From the NCBI GenBank assembly GCA_965198115.1, contig OZ240241.1, positions 800,001 to 864,000 of the forward strand: a stretch of 64,000 nucleotides of DNA. The letters are read 5' to 3'. A program made the position numbers and the translations under genes. Shown one piece after another: positions 10,291 through 21,289 of this stretch. The notes below the pieces were generated by a model, which ran no database searches, was not told where the DNA came from, and was given only the letters and a program-made list of their open reading frames with translations. Each line of letters opens with the position of its first letter. The first letter of the stretch is position 1. The DNA is from Candidatus Latescibacterota bacterium (GTDB taxonomy: Bacteria; Latescibacterota; UBA2968).

Positions 10291-11559
10291 GTGAGCAGAT
10301 ACGATCTCATCCTCAAGGGCGGGCGCGTGATCGACCCGGCCAACGACATCGACCAGGTCGCCGATGTGGCGATCAAAGATGGCAAGATCGCTCGCGTCGG
10401 TGAGTCGATCCCCGGGGGGAACGGTTGTGTCGATGTCACGGGTTTCCTCGTGACCCCGGGTCTGATCGACATCCACGTCCACGCCTACACGGACCGCGCC
10501 AATGCGGCGCCGGGTTTTTTCGTGGCGAGTCTGAACGCAGACGCCCATTTCCTGAATTCGGGTGTTACGACGTGTGTGGACACGGGAACCGCAGGCGCTC
10601 AGGAGATCGATCACTTTCGGGAGAGCGTGATCGAAAAGGCGACGACCCGGATTCTTGCATATGTGAACATCTCATCGCCCGGCATGGGAGCTCCCGAGCA
10701 GACAATTTCGAACTTCGACGTCGACGCGGCGGCAAGCGCGGCGGATCGAAACCGTGAGGTCGTGGTCGGCCTCAAGACGGCCCACTACTGGACGAGCAAA
10801 CCTTTTGACGACGATCATCCACCGTGGGAATCGGTCGAGCGCGCGGTCGATGCCGGAAAGGCGTGCGAGATGCCCGTGATGGTCGACTTCTGGCCCCGTC
10901 CACCCGAGCGACCCTACCCGACTCTGATTCTCGAGAAGCTGAGACCCGGTGACATCCACACACACGTTTTTGCGCGACAGTTTCCTGTGATCGACGAAGC
11001 CGGCAAGGTGCAACTGTATATGAGGGAAGCGCGCGAGCGTGGTATCTGGTTCGACCTCGGTCACGGTGCGGCGAGTTTCTGGTATCGGAACGCGGGCCGA
11101 GCCATCGCAGACGACTTCGTGCCTGATTCGATCAGTACGGACCTGCACATGGGTAACATTCGGGGGCCTGTGATCAGCATGCTCGACACGATGTCGAAGT
11201 GCGTGGGAATGGGCATGAGCCTTTCCGATGTGATCTACCGATCCACGGTGACACCGGCGAAAGCGATCGACCGCCCGGAGTTGGGGACTCTGAGCGAGGG
11301 AGTGGAGGCCGATGTGGCCGTGCTGGAGCTTCAGAATGGCGCGTTTTCGTTTCAGGACTGCGGTTACACACGGATCGACGTCGCGGAGAAACTGGATTGC
11401 GTGATGACGTTGCGGGCGGGCAAAATCGAGTTCGAACGGGACGGCCTGACGGTGCCGGGGTGGCAGGATGCACCGGAGAGCTACTGGCCGGTCACGGAAG
11501 TCGGCGTGCCCATCGAGCGGTTCTGGCGTGACAGTGAAGTGGAGGGGCTTTCGAGTTGA
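10291..11559 (+). CDS. Amidohydrolase/deacetylase family metallohydrolase (dihydroorotase-like)
   Basis: PGLIDIHVH, GVTTCVDTG, DLGHGAASF, ISTDLH. Confidence 0.88.
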   Translation: MSRYDLILKGGRVIDPANDIDQVADVAIKDGKIARVGESIPGGNGCVDVTGFLVTPGLIDIHVHAYTDRANAAPGFFVASLNADAHFLNSGVTTCVDTGTAGAQEIDHFRESVIEKATTRILAYVNISSPGMGAPEQTISNFDVDAAASAADRNREVVVGLKTAHYWTSKPFDDDHPPWESVERAVDAGKACEMPVMVDFWPRPPERPYPTLILEKLRPGDIHTHVFARQFPVIDEAGKVQLYMREARERGIWFDLGHGAASFWYRNAGRAIADDFVPDSISTDLHMGNIRGPVISMLDTMSKCVGMGMSLSDVIYRSTVTPAKAIDRPELGTLSEGVEADVAVLELQNGAFSFQDCGYTRIDVAEKLDCVMTLRAGKIEFERDGLTVPGWQDAPESYWPVTEVGVPIERFWRDSEVEGLSS

Positions 11560-11658
11560 CAGCAGGTGGGTAAGGAGGCGTGTCGGTCTGGAGCCACCTA
11601 GAGATGCCCATTCAAATGCCTGGGTGATGTGTGGTTACGCCAGCCAGGCGAGTAGAGG

Positions 11659-11694
11659 AAGGCCGGCCATCGGAGGACAGATGGCCGGCCTTTT
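11659..11694. terminator. Intrinsic terminator between convergent genes
   Basis: AAGGCCGGCCATC...GATGGCCGGCCTTTT hairpin. Confidence 0.75.
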
Positions 11695-11708
11695 CTGTCG
11701 GACGCGGG

Positions 11709-13055
11709 TCAGAGCGTACGATGCTTCCAATGGCCCTGGGCGAATTTTCGCACTGTGAGAAAGCCCTGCATCGCGCTGAAAATGACGAGGGCGAGCCAGA
11801 TGCCGTCGGTGTCCCAACCGAGGGTGAATGCAAGCAGGTAGGCCACTGGGAGTTGGACGAGCCACTGAGAGACGATGGTGTAGATCAGTGGGGAAATCGT
11901 ATCGCCGGCGGCCCGGAGGGTTCCCTGGCTGGCGATGGCTGAACACATGAACGGTTCGGCCGCCGCTAGGGCGTAGAGGTAGGGAATACCGACGGCGATG
12001 ACGGCTGCTTCATCCGTGAAGATGCCCATGAAGACATCGGCCAGGAAGACGAAAGGGAGGCCCAGGAGGGTCAGGATTCCGACGGAGAGGGCCAACGTGG
12101 TCCAGCCTCTTGCATCGGCTGCATCGAGGTCTTTCGCGCCGAGGCTGCGGCCGACCACGGACGTCGTGGTCGTCCCGAACGATAGCGACGTCCGGCGCAC
12201 CGTGTGTCCCATCTGTCTTCCGATGGAGTAGGCGGTGAGTGCAACGGTCGGATTGGCGGTCATCGCGACGAGTTTCATGTAGAGGACGTTGGAACCATTG
12301 CGAAATAGTCCCTGCAGCGCGGAAGGGATACCGATCCGCAGGATTCGGCGTGAACGGTCCCACTCGGGGAAGTATGACGTGCCTGGAAGGAAGGCAAATC
12401 CGAACCGCCCAGAGTAGAGGACGGCGAATCGTATGGCGTTGCTGAAAACACCGCGCACGAGATTTCCAACGGCAGCACCGGTGACTCCCATCTCCGGCAA
12501 CCCCCAGACACCGTAGATGAAGGCGTATGCCGAGGCGAGATGGACCACGTTGGAGACGAGCGTGATGTAAAAGAGGGTCCGTGTATCTCCCGCTGCGTAG
12601 AGGCACGAGTCCAGGGTCCTGTCGAGGGCCATCAGCGGCAGGCTGGCGTAGATGACTTGGAGGTAGGGCGCCGCCAGCAGGCTGACCGAATCGGGGATGC
12701 TCAGCGACCTGAGGGCAACGTCCGTCGTAAGGATGCCGAACGCGCTGATAGCCGAACTGATGAGAACCACGAGCGTGACCGATTGCTTTGCGGTCTTGCT
12801 CGCGTCGGTCAGATCCTTCGCCCCGACGGACTGTGCGACCATGGCCATCGTGCCTGTGGCGACGGCGATCATTGTGATGCCGAGGACGAACAGGATGGTG
12901 CGCGCGATACCCACAGCCGAAATCGCCTCTGACCCGAGGGAGCGGACCATGAAGATCTCGGCGAATCCAACGAGGTTCTCTACCTGCGTAGCCAGGGTGA
13001 GGGGCAGTGTCAGCCCGAGGAACGAGCGGGTGATGGAGAAGTCGAATCGGGTCAT
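11709..13055 (-). CDS. MATE family efflux transporter
   Basis: Multi-TM protein; AQSVGAKD, AAGDTRT, LRIGIPS, RAAGDT repeated MATE motifs. Confidence 0.9.
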   Translation of the reverse strand: MTRFDFSITRSFLGLTLPLTLATQVENLVGFAEIFMVRSLGSEAISAVGIARTILFVLGITMIAVATGTMAMVAQSVGAKDLTDASKTAKQSVTLVVLISSAISAFGILTTDVALRSLSIPDSVSLLAAPYLQVIYASLPLMALDRTLDSCLYAAGDTRTLFYITLVSNVVHLASAYAFIYGVWGLPEMGVTGAAVGNLVRGVFSNAIRFAVLYSGRFGFAFLPGTSYFPEWDRSRRILRIGIPSALQGLFRNGSNVLYMKLVAMTANPTVALTAYSIGRQMGHTVRRTSLSFGTTTTSVVGRSLGAKDLDAADARGWTTLALSVGILTLLGLPFVFLADVFMGIFTDEAAVIAVGIPYLYALAAAEPFMCSAIASQGTLRAAGDTISPLIYTIVSQWLVQLPVAYLLAFTLGWDTDGIWLALVIFSAMQGFLTVRKFAQGHWKHRTL

Positions 13056-13079
13056 TGTTTGAGCTTGGGTTTCCCGTTG

Positions 13080-13128
13080 CGTCCCCGTGCAGAGCCCTTC
13101 GACTGGGCTCAGGACAGGCACGGGGACG
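13080..13128. repeat. REP-like motif inside a hairpin
   Basis: CGTCCCCGTGC / GCACGGGGACG inverted repeat enclosing CCCTTCGACTGGGCTCAGGACAG. Confidence 0.6.
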
Positions 13129-13214
13129 AGCGCACCTCTTTGATTCCTAAAAGTCGAAAAGGGTGCGTTACGCTCGCCCCTGGGCTCCGCCCGGGGGCTC
13201 TGTTCGGATCTGCT

Positions 13215-13961
13215 TCACTCGGGAAGATCCGGTTCGCTCATGATGAGGTCAGCGATCTGGTCTTCCGTGACGTTTTCCCGGTTGTGCTCCGCCAGCTTTC
13301 TTCCCTGAGACAATACCACCAGCCGATCGGCCACTTGAAACACGTGGTGAAGGTTGTGGGTAATGAAGACGACGCAGAGACCCCGATTACGGGCGGCGCG
13401 TATGTAGCCGAGCACCTTGCGCGTTTCGCCGATCGAGAGGGCGGAGGTGGGCTCGTCGAGGATGAGGATCTTTGTCCCGAAGTGGACGGCGCGTCCGATG
13501 GCGATCGATTGACGTTCTCCGCCGGACAGTGAGGCCACGGGCTCGTCGGCGCTACGGATACGGATGCCGATGTCGGCGAGCGCGGTCGTGGCGAGTGCAC
13601 TCATGCGGGTGTGGTCGAGGGTCCGGATCGGTCCGACATAGCGTGTGAGCTCCCGTCCGAGATAGAAGTTTCGGGCAATGCTCATCCTGGGAACGAGAGC
13701 CAGGTCCTGATACAGCGTCTCGATTCCGAGGCGACGTGCCGCCTGCGGCGTTTTGACGTCGACGCGCCGCCCCTCGAACTCGACGTGACCGGAGGTCGGC
13801 TCGTGGACCCCCGAGAGGATCTTGATTAGCGTCGACTTTCCCGCACCGTTGTCGCCGAGCAGGGCCACGACTTCGCCCGGGTCAAGATCGAGATCGACGT
13901 CGGAGAGGGCGGTGATGTGGCCGAACCGTCGTCCCACCTTGACCAGACCGATCAACGACAT
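13215..13961 (-). CDS. Sugar ABC transporter ATP-binding protein
   Basis: GDNGAGKST, LSGGERQ, ILDEPT. Confidence 0.93.
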   Translation of the reverse strand: MSLIGLVKVGRRFGHITALSDVDLDLDPGEVVALLGDNGAGKSTLIKILSGVHEPTSGHVEFEGRRVDVKTPQAARRLGIETLYQDLALVPRMSIARNFYLGRELTRYVGPIRTLDHTRMSALATTALADIGIRIRSADEPVASLSGGERQSIAIGRAVHFGTKILILDEPTSALSIGETRKVLGYIRAARNRGLCVVFITHNLHHVFQVADRLVVLSQGRKLAEHNRENVTEDQIADLIMSEPDLPE

Positions 13962-15163
13962 CAGCGGTCCCTCCGCACGCAGGTGTTGATGACGACAGCC
14001 GCGATCATGATTGCCCCGATGGCGCCGCGGAAGACGTTGGAAGGCACGTTGATCAGGACGAGTCCCGTTCGGAGCATACCCGTCAGCGCCGTTCCGATTG
14101 CAGATCCTACGATACTGCCGAATCCTCCCGTCAATAGGGTGCCGCCGATGACGACGGATGCGATGATTTCGAGTTCGAGACCGTCGCCGCGCAGCGGATC
14201 CACACTCTTGAGACGTGCGACCTGAACGATCCCCGCCAGTGCCGCCAGTCCACCGGACAGCACGAAGTTTACGATACGCACGCGATCGATGTCGATCCCC
14301 TGGACGCGGGCCGCCTCAGCGTTGCCTCCGGTCGCGAAGACGGCGTTGCCATAGCGTGTGTGTAGCAGGATGAACGCGAAGATCCCCGTCAATCCGAGCC
14401 ACCAGAAGATCGATGTGCGGTAGTTCGCGGAGGATGCACCGAATTCATTGCGTCCGTTGAGTATCTGAAAGGCGTCAACTTCGACCGTGGAAAACGGCGA
14501 GAGCCCATAGGCATCGAGAGATCGGTATAGCACGTAAAGTCCGGCGACGCACGCGATCGATGCCGCGGAAAACGCCCCGCGGGACGAGGATCGGTTGCGC
14601 AACGTGGGGAGAGCCATCCAGACGACCGTCAGGCAGATCGCGCAAGCCCCGAGGAGGATCAGAATGGCAGGGACGTCGAGTGTCGGGTTCTGACGTGAGT
14701 GGTCGGCGTATCGGACGATGCGCCCACCCGACACGACGGTCAGCGGGATGGCTCGATAGACGAGCATCGTGCCGAGGGTGACGATGAAAGACGGGATACG
14801 GGTCCAAGCGAGGAGGAGGCCGTTGAACAGGCCGAGCACACAGCCCGCTGCGATCCCGAATGATCCGGCCAGAAGAATCGGGCTACCGCCGACGGCCGAA
14901 CCGAGAAAGACGAGAGAAGACACGCCGAGAATCGAGCCGACGGACAGGTCGAACTCGCCCGAAATCATGAGCAACGTGATTCCGATGGCGGCGATACCCG
15001 GAACGGCCTGGCTGCTCAAAATGGAGGAGAAGGATGCGTGCGTCAGGAACGTGTCGGGGGTTGCGAGGGCGAAGAACAGGAAGACGACCAGGAATCCGAC
15101 GAGGGCGCCGGCTGCGGGTTCACGGGATAGAGTGCGACGCAGGTCTGGGAGCAGGACGGACAA
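13961..15163 (-). CDS. Sugar ABC transporter permease
   Basis: GEFDLSVG, IPSFIVTLG, GGNAEAA, IASVVIGG. Confidence 0.92.
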   Translation of the reverse strand: MSVLLPDLRRTLSREPAAGALVGFLVVFLFFALATPDTFLTHASFSSILSSQAVPGIAAIGITLLMISGEFDLSVGSILGVSSLVFLGSAVGGSPILLAGSFGIAAGCVLGLFNGLLLAWTRIPSFIVTLGTMLVYRAIPLTVVSGGRIVRYADHSRQNPTLDVPAILILLGACAICLTVVWMALPTLRNRSSSRGAFSAASIACVAGLYVLYRSLDAYGLSPFSTVEVDAFQILNGRNEFGASSANYRTSIFWWLGLTGIFAFILLHTRYGNAVFATGGNAEAARVQGIDIDRVRIVNFVLSGGLAALAGIVQVARLKSVDPLRGDGLELEIIASVVIGGTLLTGGFGSIVGSAIGTALTGMLRTGLVLINVPSNVFRGAIGAIMIAAVVINTCVRRDR

Positions 15164-15166
15164 TGA

Positions 15167-16143
15167 TCACCGTGTGCCCTTGTCGACCAGTTTGGCAATG
15201 ACGTCGACGTTGCTCCGATCGATCGCGAGCGGGCCGGTGAGGATGTCCTGGGCGAGGCTGAGTCCGTACTCGAGGTTGAGGTAGAGGAAGACGACGGTCA
15301 GGTACCCTTGCAAGTAGGGTTGCTGGTCGATGGCCTGGATCGTCGTGCCGCTGCGAATGCGCTCGAAGATAGCGGCGCTCGTGTCGTGTGTCGTGTGAAG
15401 GATGTCGTCGCGACCGGTGTCGTCGACGAACAGGTAGTAAGCATCGGCTGGAAGCGGGCCCAGGGTGGCGATGGCGTTAGTCTGCGGGTGGCCCAAGAAG
15501 TAGTCCCCAAGCAGACCGGAGGATTGTTGATGTCGTTCGAAATGGTCAGACCGTCGACGGGTATGCCCGCGGGTTCCAGAATACTTCTGAATCCCGCGAC
15601 ACGCGCTTCGAGGCCGCTGTGGCCGACTTCCTGGATCGGACAGACGGCGCGCCTGATCTCGACGTTTCGACGTTCGGCTTCGGCAAGGATGGCCCTGGCG
15701 TTCGATTGCCCACCGAGGAATTCTCTGGCGCCGACGTAGAACAGCGTGGGCAATGCGTCGGGGCCACCCGAATTGGGGTCGGCGGTGTTCAGGACGACGA
15801 CGGGAACACCCGCTTCGCGCGCTCGTTCGACGCTCTCGCGGATGGCTTCGGGATCGGGGCACGTAATGCCAATCCCGTGGACCTGGCGGGCAAGAGCATC
15901 GTCCAGAAACACGGGCATATCCTCGATCGAGAAGGTCGGGTTGCTCAACCATTGGACTTCGACGCCATAGCGCTCACCTGCGTCCTCCATGCCTTTGATC
16001 ACGACGTTCCAGAACGGGTTGCCAGGCCCCCCGTGCGTCACGAAGGCGAAGCGATAGGGTTCGGCTGTGACCGCGGCGCAGAGATGCAGAATGGCGGCAA
16101 GTGACGTCAGGATGCAGCGGCGGAATCCCAAGATGATCTCCAT
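15167..16143 (-). CDS. Sugar ABC substrate-binding protein, frameshift near 15528
   Basis: VTHGGPGNPFWNVV in one frame; AIDQQPYLQGY C-terminus in another. Confidence 0.85.
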
Positions 16144-16282
16144 CTGCGGATGGTCAACGATTGCGACGGCAAGATATCCAGAAAGCGACAGGGAGGGAAG
16201 CGGGCGCAGGTGGTGAACCGGGGCATCGCGCCTCGGGTTTTTTTGATTGCCTCACAGAATGCGGCCTGAGGGGTCGCCATAA

Positions 16283-16954
16283 TCATCGTCGACTCAACGT
16301 CTTGAGAAAAGCCATCGTCTGCTTGGGTACCCAATCGGCGTCGCCAGCTGCCTTCGCGTGAGCGAGCAGAAAATCGACTTCCTCGGGGGTGTCGACGTCG
16401 TACCAGGGAGGGATCAGGTCGAGTTTCAGTCCCGCGGTCTGGACACGCTCGACCGTCTGAGCGAACACGTGGTGTGTGCTCCACTCGATGTCTTCGAAGA
16501 TCGATGGATGATCGTCGGTGACGCCGACGAGGTAGTAGCCGCCGTCCGTGCTGGGACCGAGGACGACATCGTGATGATCGAGCGCGTCGAAAGCAGAGGT
16601 GAGATGAGCACTCGGCAATGAAGGGATGTCCGTGCCAATGAGGATGACACGATGGGCACCGGTTTCGAGGCTTTGTCGCAGGGCCGTTGACATGCGGCTA
16701 CCGAGATCGGCGTCGGATTGAGGCACCAGGTTCCAGTCGGGGCCGGCCACCTCGCGAAGCGAGGCTTCGGCGGTCGAGGGTGTATAGCAGAGGATGTGAG
16801 CGCCCGCGTGGATCGTTCGAGCTTTGGTGAGCGTGTCGGAGATGAAAGCGCGGTAGAGTCCTGCGGCTTCGTCCGGGGTGAAGCGTCCGAACAGACGAGT
16901 TTTGACCTGGCCGGGTTGTGGATCCTTCGCGAAGACGATGACGTGAGCGTTCAT
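16283..16954 (-). CDS. TIGR04282/DUF2064 family glycosyltransferase-like protein
   Basis: FAKDPQPGQVKTRL, IGTDIP, GPSTDGGYYL, WYDVDT. Confidence 0.88.
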   Translation of the reverse strand: MNAHVIVFAKDPQPGQVKTRLFGRFTPDEAAGLYRAFISDTLTKARTIHAGAHILCYTPSTAEASLREVAGPDWNLVPQSDADLGSRMSTALRQSLETGAHRVILIGTDIPSLPSAHLTSAFDALDHHDVVLGPSTDGGYYLVGVTDDHPSIFEDIEWSTHHVFAQTVERVQTAGLKLDLIPPWYDVDTPEEVDFLLAHAKAAGDADWVPKQTMAFLKTLSRR

Positions 16955-17703
16955 GCCTTCTCGGACAGGACGATCATGTGCTCGCTGTCACACGTGTAGG
17001 GTCCACCGTGAAAGTCACCCCATACGTCGATCGGCCGGAGGCTCGCCGCCTGCAGGAGCATCTCGATTTCGGTGAAGGCGTAGACGCGGATCGAATGCCA
17101 CAGCTGCGTCTCCTTGCCGTCTTCGACGACCGTGACATCGACGTGCGAGCGTCCCGAGATGGGGTCGAAGCTGCGCTCTTCCACGAGGAGCATGCCATCG
17201 GGGTGGTAGACCTGCTGTGGCGCCGAGTGTCGTAGGATGAACTCACGGTTCACCGTTTCGAGGATAAACCGCCCTCCCGTGCGTAGCGTCTTCGCAATGT
17301 TGCACAACACGCCGAAGTTCTGATCTTCGTCCTCGAAGTAGCCGAACGACGAGAAGAGGTTGATGACAGCGTCGAAGGTCCCCTCAGGGAAGGGGAAATC
17401 TCGAACGTCGCTTCGAACGAGTCGCACACCCGGCCTTACTCCCGCCTCCTGGGATCGCTGCCGAGCGGCGGTGAGCATTTGGCTCGAGCGGTCCAGCCCA
17501 TAGACCCGACAGTGGACCGACAGAGGCAGCGCGTGACGTCCGTAGCCACACGCCAGGTCGAGGAGCTTGTTTTCTGAGGAGAGGGTGAGTGTCCTGGCAA
17601 CGAATTCGACTTCGACATCGGTTTCGGGATGGTCGTCGAAGCGGAGATACTCGTGCTGGAAGAAGCGATCGTACCACGGCGTCTGATCGGGTGCGTCGGG
17701 CAC
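16951..17703 (-). CDS. Class I SAM-dependent methyltransferase
   Basis: LLDLACGYGRH, FSSFGYF. Confidence 0.9.
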   Translation of the reverse strand: MPDAPDQTPWYDRFFQHEYLRFDDHPETDVEVEFVARTLTLSSENKLLDLACGYGRHALPLSVHCRVYGLDRSSQMLTAARQRSQEAGVRPGVRLVRSDVRDFPFPEGTFDAVINLFSSFGYFEDEDQNFGVLCNIAKTLRTGGRFILETVNREFILRHSAPQQVYHPDGMLLVEERSFDPISGRSHVDVTVVEDGKETQLWHSIRVYAFTEIEMLLQAASLRPIDVWGDFHGGPYTCDSEHMIVLSEKA

Positions 17704-17709
17704 GGCGTC

Positions 17710-19164
17710 TCAGGTAAGTTTTCGAGCGAGGAGCTGGTTGGCCACCTTGGGGTTGGCCTGCCCTTTGGTGGCTTTCATGATCTGGCCCATGAAGAATCCC
17801 TGGAGTTTCCTGTCACCTTCCTTCAAGCGTGAGAACTCATCCGGGTGGGCCGCGATGATTTCATCGACCGTGGCTTCCAGCGCGCCCTCGTCGCTGATTT
17901 GCACGAGACCCTGACGGTCGACAATCTGAGCAGGATCATCACCTGTTTCGGCCATTTCGGTAAAGACCTTCCGGGCGACGCCCGTGCTGATCGCTCCGTC
18001 GTCGACGAGCGCGATGAGGGTGGCGAGCTGTTCGGGTGACGCCTTGAGCTCGCCGATTGCGATCTTCGCTTCGTTCAGCGTGCGCAGAACATCGCCCTGA
18101 ACCCAGTTGGCAGCCGTGGATGCTTCCGCGCCCGCTCCGACGACGGATTCGAAGTAGTCCGCGGTCGTTCGATCCGCCGTCAGGACTTCGACCTGTTCGT
18201 CGGTCAAGCCGAAATCCGTCGTGAATCGTTCTCGTTTTGCGGCGGGCAGCTCCGGCACCTGGTCTCTTACGCGATCGATCCACGTCTGGTCGACGGCGAT
18301 CGGCACCAAATCGGGATCCGGAAAGTAGCGATAGTCGTCCGATTCTTCTTTGGTGCGCATAGGGCGAACGTCTTCGCGATCTGGGTCGAACAACATCGTT
18401 TGCTGGACGACGTCGTCTCCCGAGCGGACGACGTCGATTTGCTGGCCGATTTCCACTTCGAGGGCGCGCTGGCAGTTCCGAACGGAGTTCATGTTTTTCA
18501 CTTCGACCTTGACGCCGAGTTCCTCGCTTCCGACCGGGCGGATCGAAACGTTCGCGTCAATGCGGACGTGTCCTTTTTCCATGTCGCCTTCGCTGGCGCC
18601 GGTGTAGACGAGGATCTCGCGAAGCCGGTTCACGAACTGCGATGCTTCCTCGGGTGTTCGGATGTCCGGCTCCGAAACGATTTCGATCAACGGAACGCCC
18701 GTTCGGTTGTAATCGACCATCGATTCACCGTGTGGCACGAACGCCTCGTCGTGGATGCTCTTGCCGGCATCTTCTTCCATGTGTATACGCACGAGGCGAA
18801 TGAAGCGCGTGCCCCCGTCGGCCGTGTCGACCTCGATGCCGCCGCCCGTGGCCAGAGGCATTTCGTCGTTGCTCTGATACTGGGAGATCTGGTAGCCCTT
18901 GGGCAGGTCGGGGTAGAAGTAGTTTTTTCGCAAGAATCTGCTTCGGGGCTGGATCGTACACCCGACGGCGAGGCCCATACGCATGGATAGCTCGACTACC
19001 TGCCGGTTGAGGACCGGGAGCGTCCCGGGTAGCCCCAGACACAGCGGGGTGACGTTGGTGTTGGGATCGTCTCCGAACGAAACGCGCGCCCCGCTGAAGA
19101 TTTTAGTCTGCGTGGCGAGTTGGGCGTGTACCTCCAGGCCAATGACGCTTTCGAACGCGCTCAC
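17710..19164 (-). CDS. gatB: Asp/Glu-tRNA amidotransferase subunit B
   Basis: [33 protein letters not shown]. Confidence 0.98.
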   Translation of the reverse strand: MSAFESVIGLEVHAQLATQTKIFSGARVSFGDDPNTNVTPLCLGLPGTLPVLNRQVVELSMRMGLAVGCTIQPRSRFLRKNYFYPDLPKGYQISQYQSNDEMPLATGGGIEVDTADGGTRFIRLVRIHMEEDAGKSIHDEAFVPHGESMVDYNRTGVPLIEIVSEPDIRTPEEASQFVNRLREILVYTGASEGDMEKGHVRIDANVSIRPVGSEELGVKVEVKNMNSVRNCQRALEVEIGQQIDVVRSGDDVVQQTMLFDPDREDVRPMRTKEESDDYRYFPDPDLVPIAVDQTWIDRVRDQVPELPAAKRERFTTDFGLTDEQVEVLTADRTTADYFESVVGAGAEASTAANWVQGDVLRTLNEAKIAIGELKASPEQLATLIALVDDGAISTGVARKVFTEMAETGDDPAQIVDRQGLVQISDEGALEATVDEIIAAHPDEFSRLKEGDRKLQGFFMGQIMKATKGQANPKVANQLLARKLT

Positions 19165-20627
19165 GACGTTTGCTCCACGACGTAAGCGGTCCTGAAAAGT
19201 CGCTGTTCCTCGAAAGCGGGAGCCAGCAGCTGCAGGCCAATGGGGAGCCCGTCGGGGCTGCTGCCACAGGGTACCGAGATGCCGGGTATGCCGGCAAGAT
19301 TGACGGCGACGGTGTAGATGTCGGACAGATACATCTGCAGGGGGTCGTCGACCTTCTCCCCGATGGCGAACGCGGGCGTGGGTGACACGGGTGCAGCGAT
19401 GAGATCGCAGGTTTCGAAGGCCCGTTCGAAGTCGAGTTTGATGAGCGTTCGCACGCGCTGGGCTTTGAGGTAGTAGGCGTCGTAGTAGCCGGCGCTGAGC
19501 GCGTAGGTGCCGAGCATAATGCGACGTTTGACTTCGTCGCCGAACCCATCGCTGCGGGTTCTGCTGTACGTGTCGATGAGATCATCACCTTCGACACGCA
19601 GTCCGTATTTCACGCCGTCGAATCGCGAAAGGTTCGAAGAAGCTTCCCCAGTGGCGATGATGTAGTAGGAGGCGATGACATAATCGGGATGTCCGGCGAC
19701 GGGCAACGACAGCTCGCGTGTCTTCGCGCCAGCTGCCTCGAGCCGGGCGATGCCATCTTCTACGGACTGACGGACATCAGTGTCGAGCCCTTCGGAGAAG
19801 TAGTCGGTGGGGATCCCGATTGTCAGGTTGTCGACACCGGTGTCGAGCGTAGGCGCCGTCGGCTCGAAGGGAAGGTCGGCCGACGTGGAATCGTGACGAT
19901 CGTGTCCGGCGATGACGTCGTAGAGGAGGGCGGTATCGCGAACGTCGCGGCCGAGCGGCCCGATCTGGTCTAGGGAAGAGGCGTAGGCAACGAGTCCGTA
20001 GCGGGAGACGCGACCGTAGGTCGGTTTGAGCCCGACGACGCCGCAGAAAGAGGCGGGCTGACGGATCGATCCACCCGTGTCGGAGCCGAGGGCGAGGACG
20101 GTTTCGCTCGCCGCGACAGCAGCCGCCGAGCCGCCGCTGGATCCGCCCGCCACGCGGTCGGGGTTGTGGGGATTCCGAACGGGACCGTAGGCCGAATTTT
20201 CGCTCGATGACCCCATGGCAAACTCGTCCATGTTGAGCTTGCCCGGTATGACCGCGTCGGCCTGCTTGAGTCGTGCCGTGACGGTTGCGTCGTAAGGCGG
20301 AACGAAGTTGGGCAGGATCCTGGACGCGCACGTCGTGGTCACGCCCTTGGTGCAGATAAGGTCTTTCAGTGCGACGGGAATGCCGGCGAGGGGGCCGACG
20401 TCGTCGCCTTTTGCGACGCGATCGTCGACATCGGCTGCCTGTCGGAGCGCGCCCTCTTCGTCGAGGGTGACGTAGGCGTTGATGTGGGTGTCGCGTTCGG
20501 CGATGGCCGAGAAGAGGTCTTCGCAGACGGTTTGCGCTTTGATCTCGCCGCTGCGAATGAGGGGGATCAGTTCGTGCGCGGGTTGGGTGTTGAGTCCTTC
20601 CGGGGCTCCCACTCGTGTTCCCGTCAC
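19161..20627 (-). CDS. gatA: Asp/Glu-tRNA amidotransferase subunit A
   Basis: [30 protein letters not shown]. Confidence 0.98.
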   Translation of the reverse strand: MTGTRVGAPEGLNTQPAHELIPLIRSGEIKAQTVCEDLFSAIAERDTHINAYVTLDEEGALRQAADVDDRVAKGDDVGPLAGIPVALKDLICTKGVTTTCASRILPNFVPPYDATVTARLKQADAVIPGKLNMDEFAMGSSSENSAYGPVRNPHNPDRVAGGSSGGSAAAVAASETVLALGSDTGGSIRQPASFCGVVGLKPTYGRVSRYGLVAYASSLDQIGPLGRDVRDTALLYDVIAGHDRHDSTSADLPFEPTAPTLDTGVDNLTIGIPTDYFSEGLDTDVRQSVEDGIARLEAAGAKTRELSLPVAGHPDYVIASYYIIATGEASSNLSRFDGVKYGLRVEGDDLIDTYSRTRSDGFGDEVKRRIMLGTYALSAGYYDAYYLKAQRVRTLIKLDFERAFETCDLIAAPVSPTPAFAIGEKVDDPLQMYLSDIYTVAVNLAGIPGISVPCGSSPDGLPIGLQLLAPAFEEQRLFRTAYVVEQTS

Positions 20628-20634
20628 CGGTGGA

Positions 20635-20871
20635 TCAGGACTCGACTTTCTTCTCGGTCGATTCGGTTTGATCGGCCGAGGGTGCCGGAGGCGGTGGTTG
20701 GGATTCGGGGCTCGTTTCGATTTCGTCCTTCACGTCGCGAACCGCCCTTTTGAACTCCGTGATTCCCTTGCCCATTCCTCTGGCGATCTCCGGAATGCGC
20801 TTCGCTCCGAAGACCAACAACACGACCAAGAAGATGAGGAGGATTTCCCAGGTTCCGATGCCCTGTAACAT
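20635..20871 (-). CDS. tatA: Twin-arginine translocase TatA/E
   Basis: [24 protein letters not shown]. Confidence 0.93.
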   Translation of the reverse strand: MLQGIGTWEILLIFLVVLLVFGAKRIPEIARGMGKGITEFKRAVRDVKDEIETSPESQPPPPAPSADQTESTEKKVES

Positions 20872-20968
20872 GGCGATGATCCTTTCGGCGTGACCTTCGG
20901 CCGCGCGTGTTCCAAACCAGTGTTCAGTCAGTCTTCAGGAAATGCACGTCTCTTGCCTAGTGGAAGAA

Positions 20969-21250
20969 TCAGTATGAATATTTGACGTAATACCACGCGG
21001 TGCCAATGCCCAGCAGACTCAAGACGTTGAAGTTCAAGGAGAACCCCAGGGTGATGGTCATGACGATCAGGTTCAACCGCATAGGGTAAAACTCGTACTG
21101 AACGAGAGGATCGACCAGCACCTTTTGAACAACGTTGTTCTGGAGTCCCAGATTCTCGAACAGGACCCCCAGAACCTCCCCCACGATGTTTCCTGCCAGA
21201 ATCCCGACGAAGATCGCGACGATCAGAAAACCTACGTTGCGTTTACCCAT
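20969..21250 (-). CDS. Small membrane protein (DUF4321-like)
   Basis: Hydrophobic 93 aa protein inside the operon; LNLIVMTITLGFSL. Confidence 0.6.
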   Translation of the reverse strand: MGKRNVGFLIVAIFVGILAGNIVGEVLGVLFENLGLQNNVVQKVLVDPLVQYEFYPMRLNLIVMTITLGFSLNFNVLSLLGIGTAWYYVKYSY

Positions 21251-21289
21251 ATGTTGTAGAAAACGCGCTCCGGCTTGGCTGTGTGCGTG

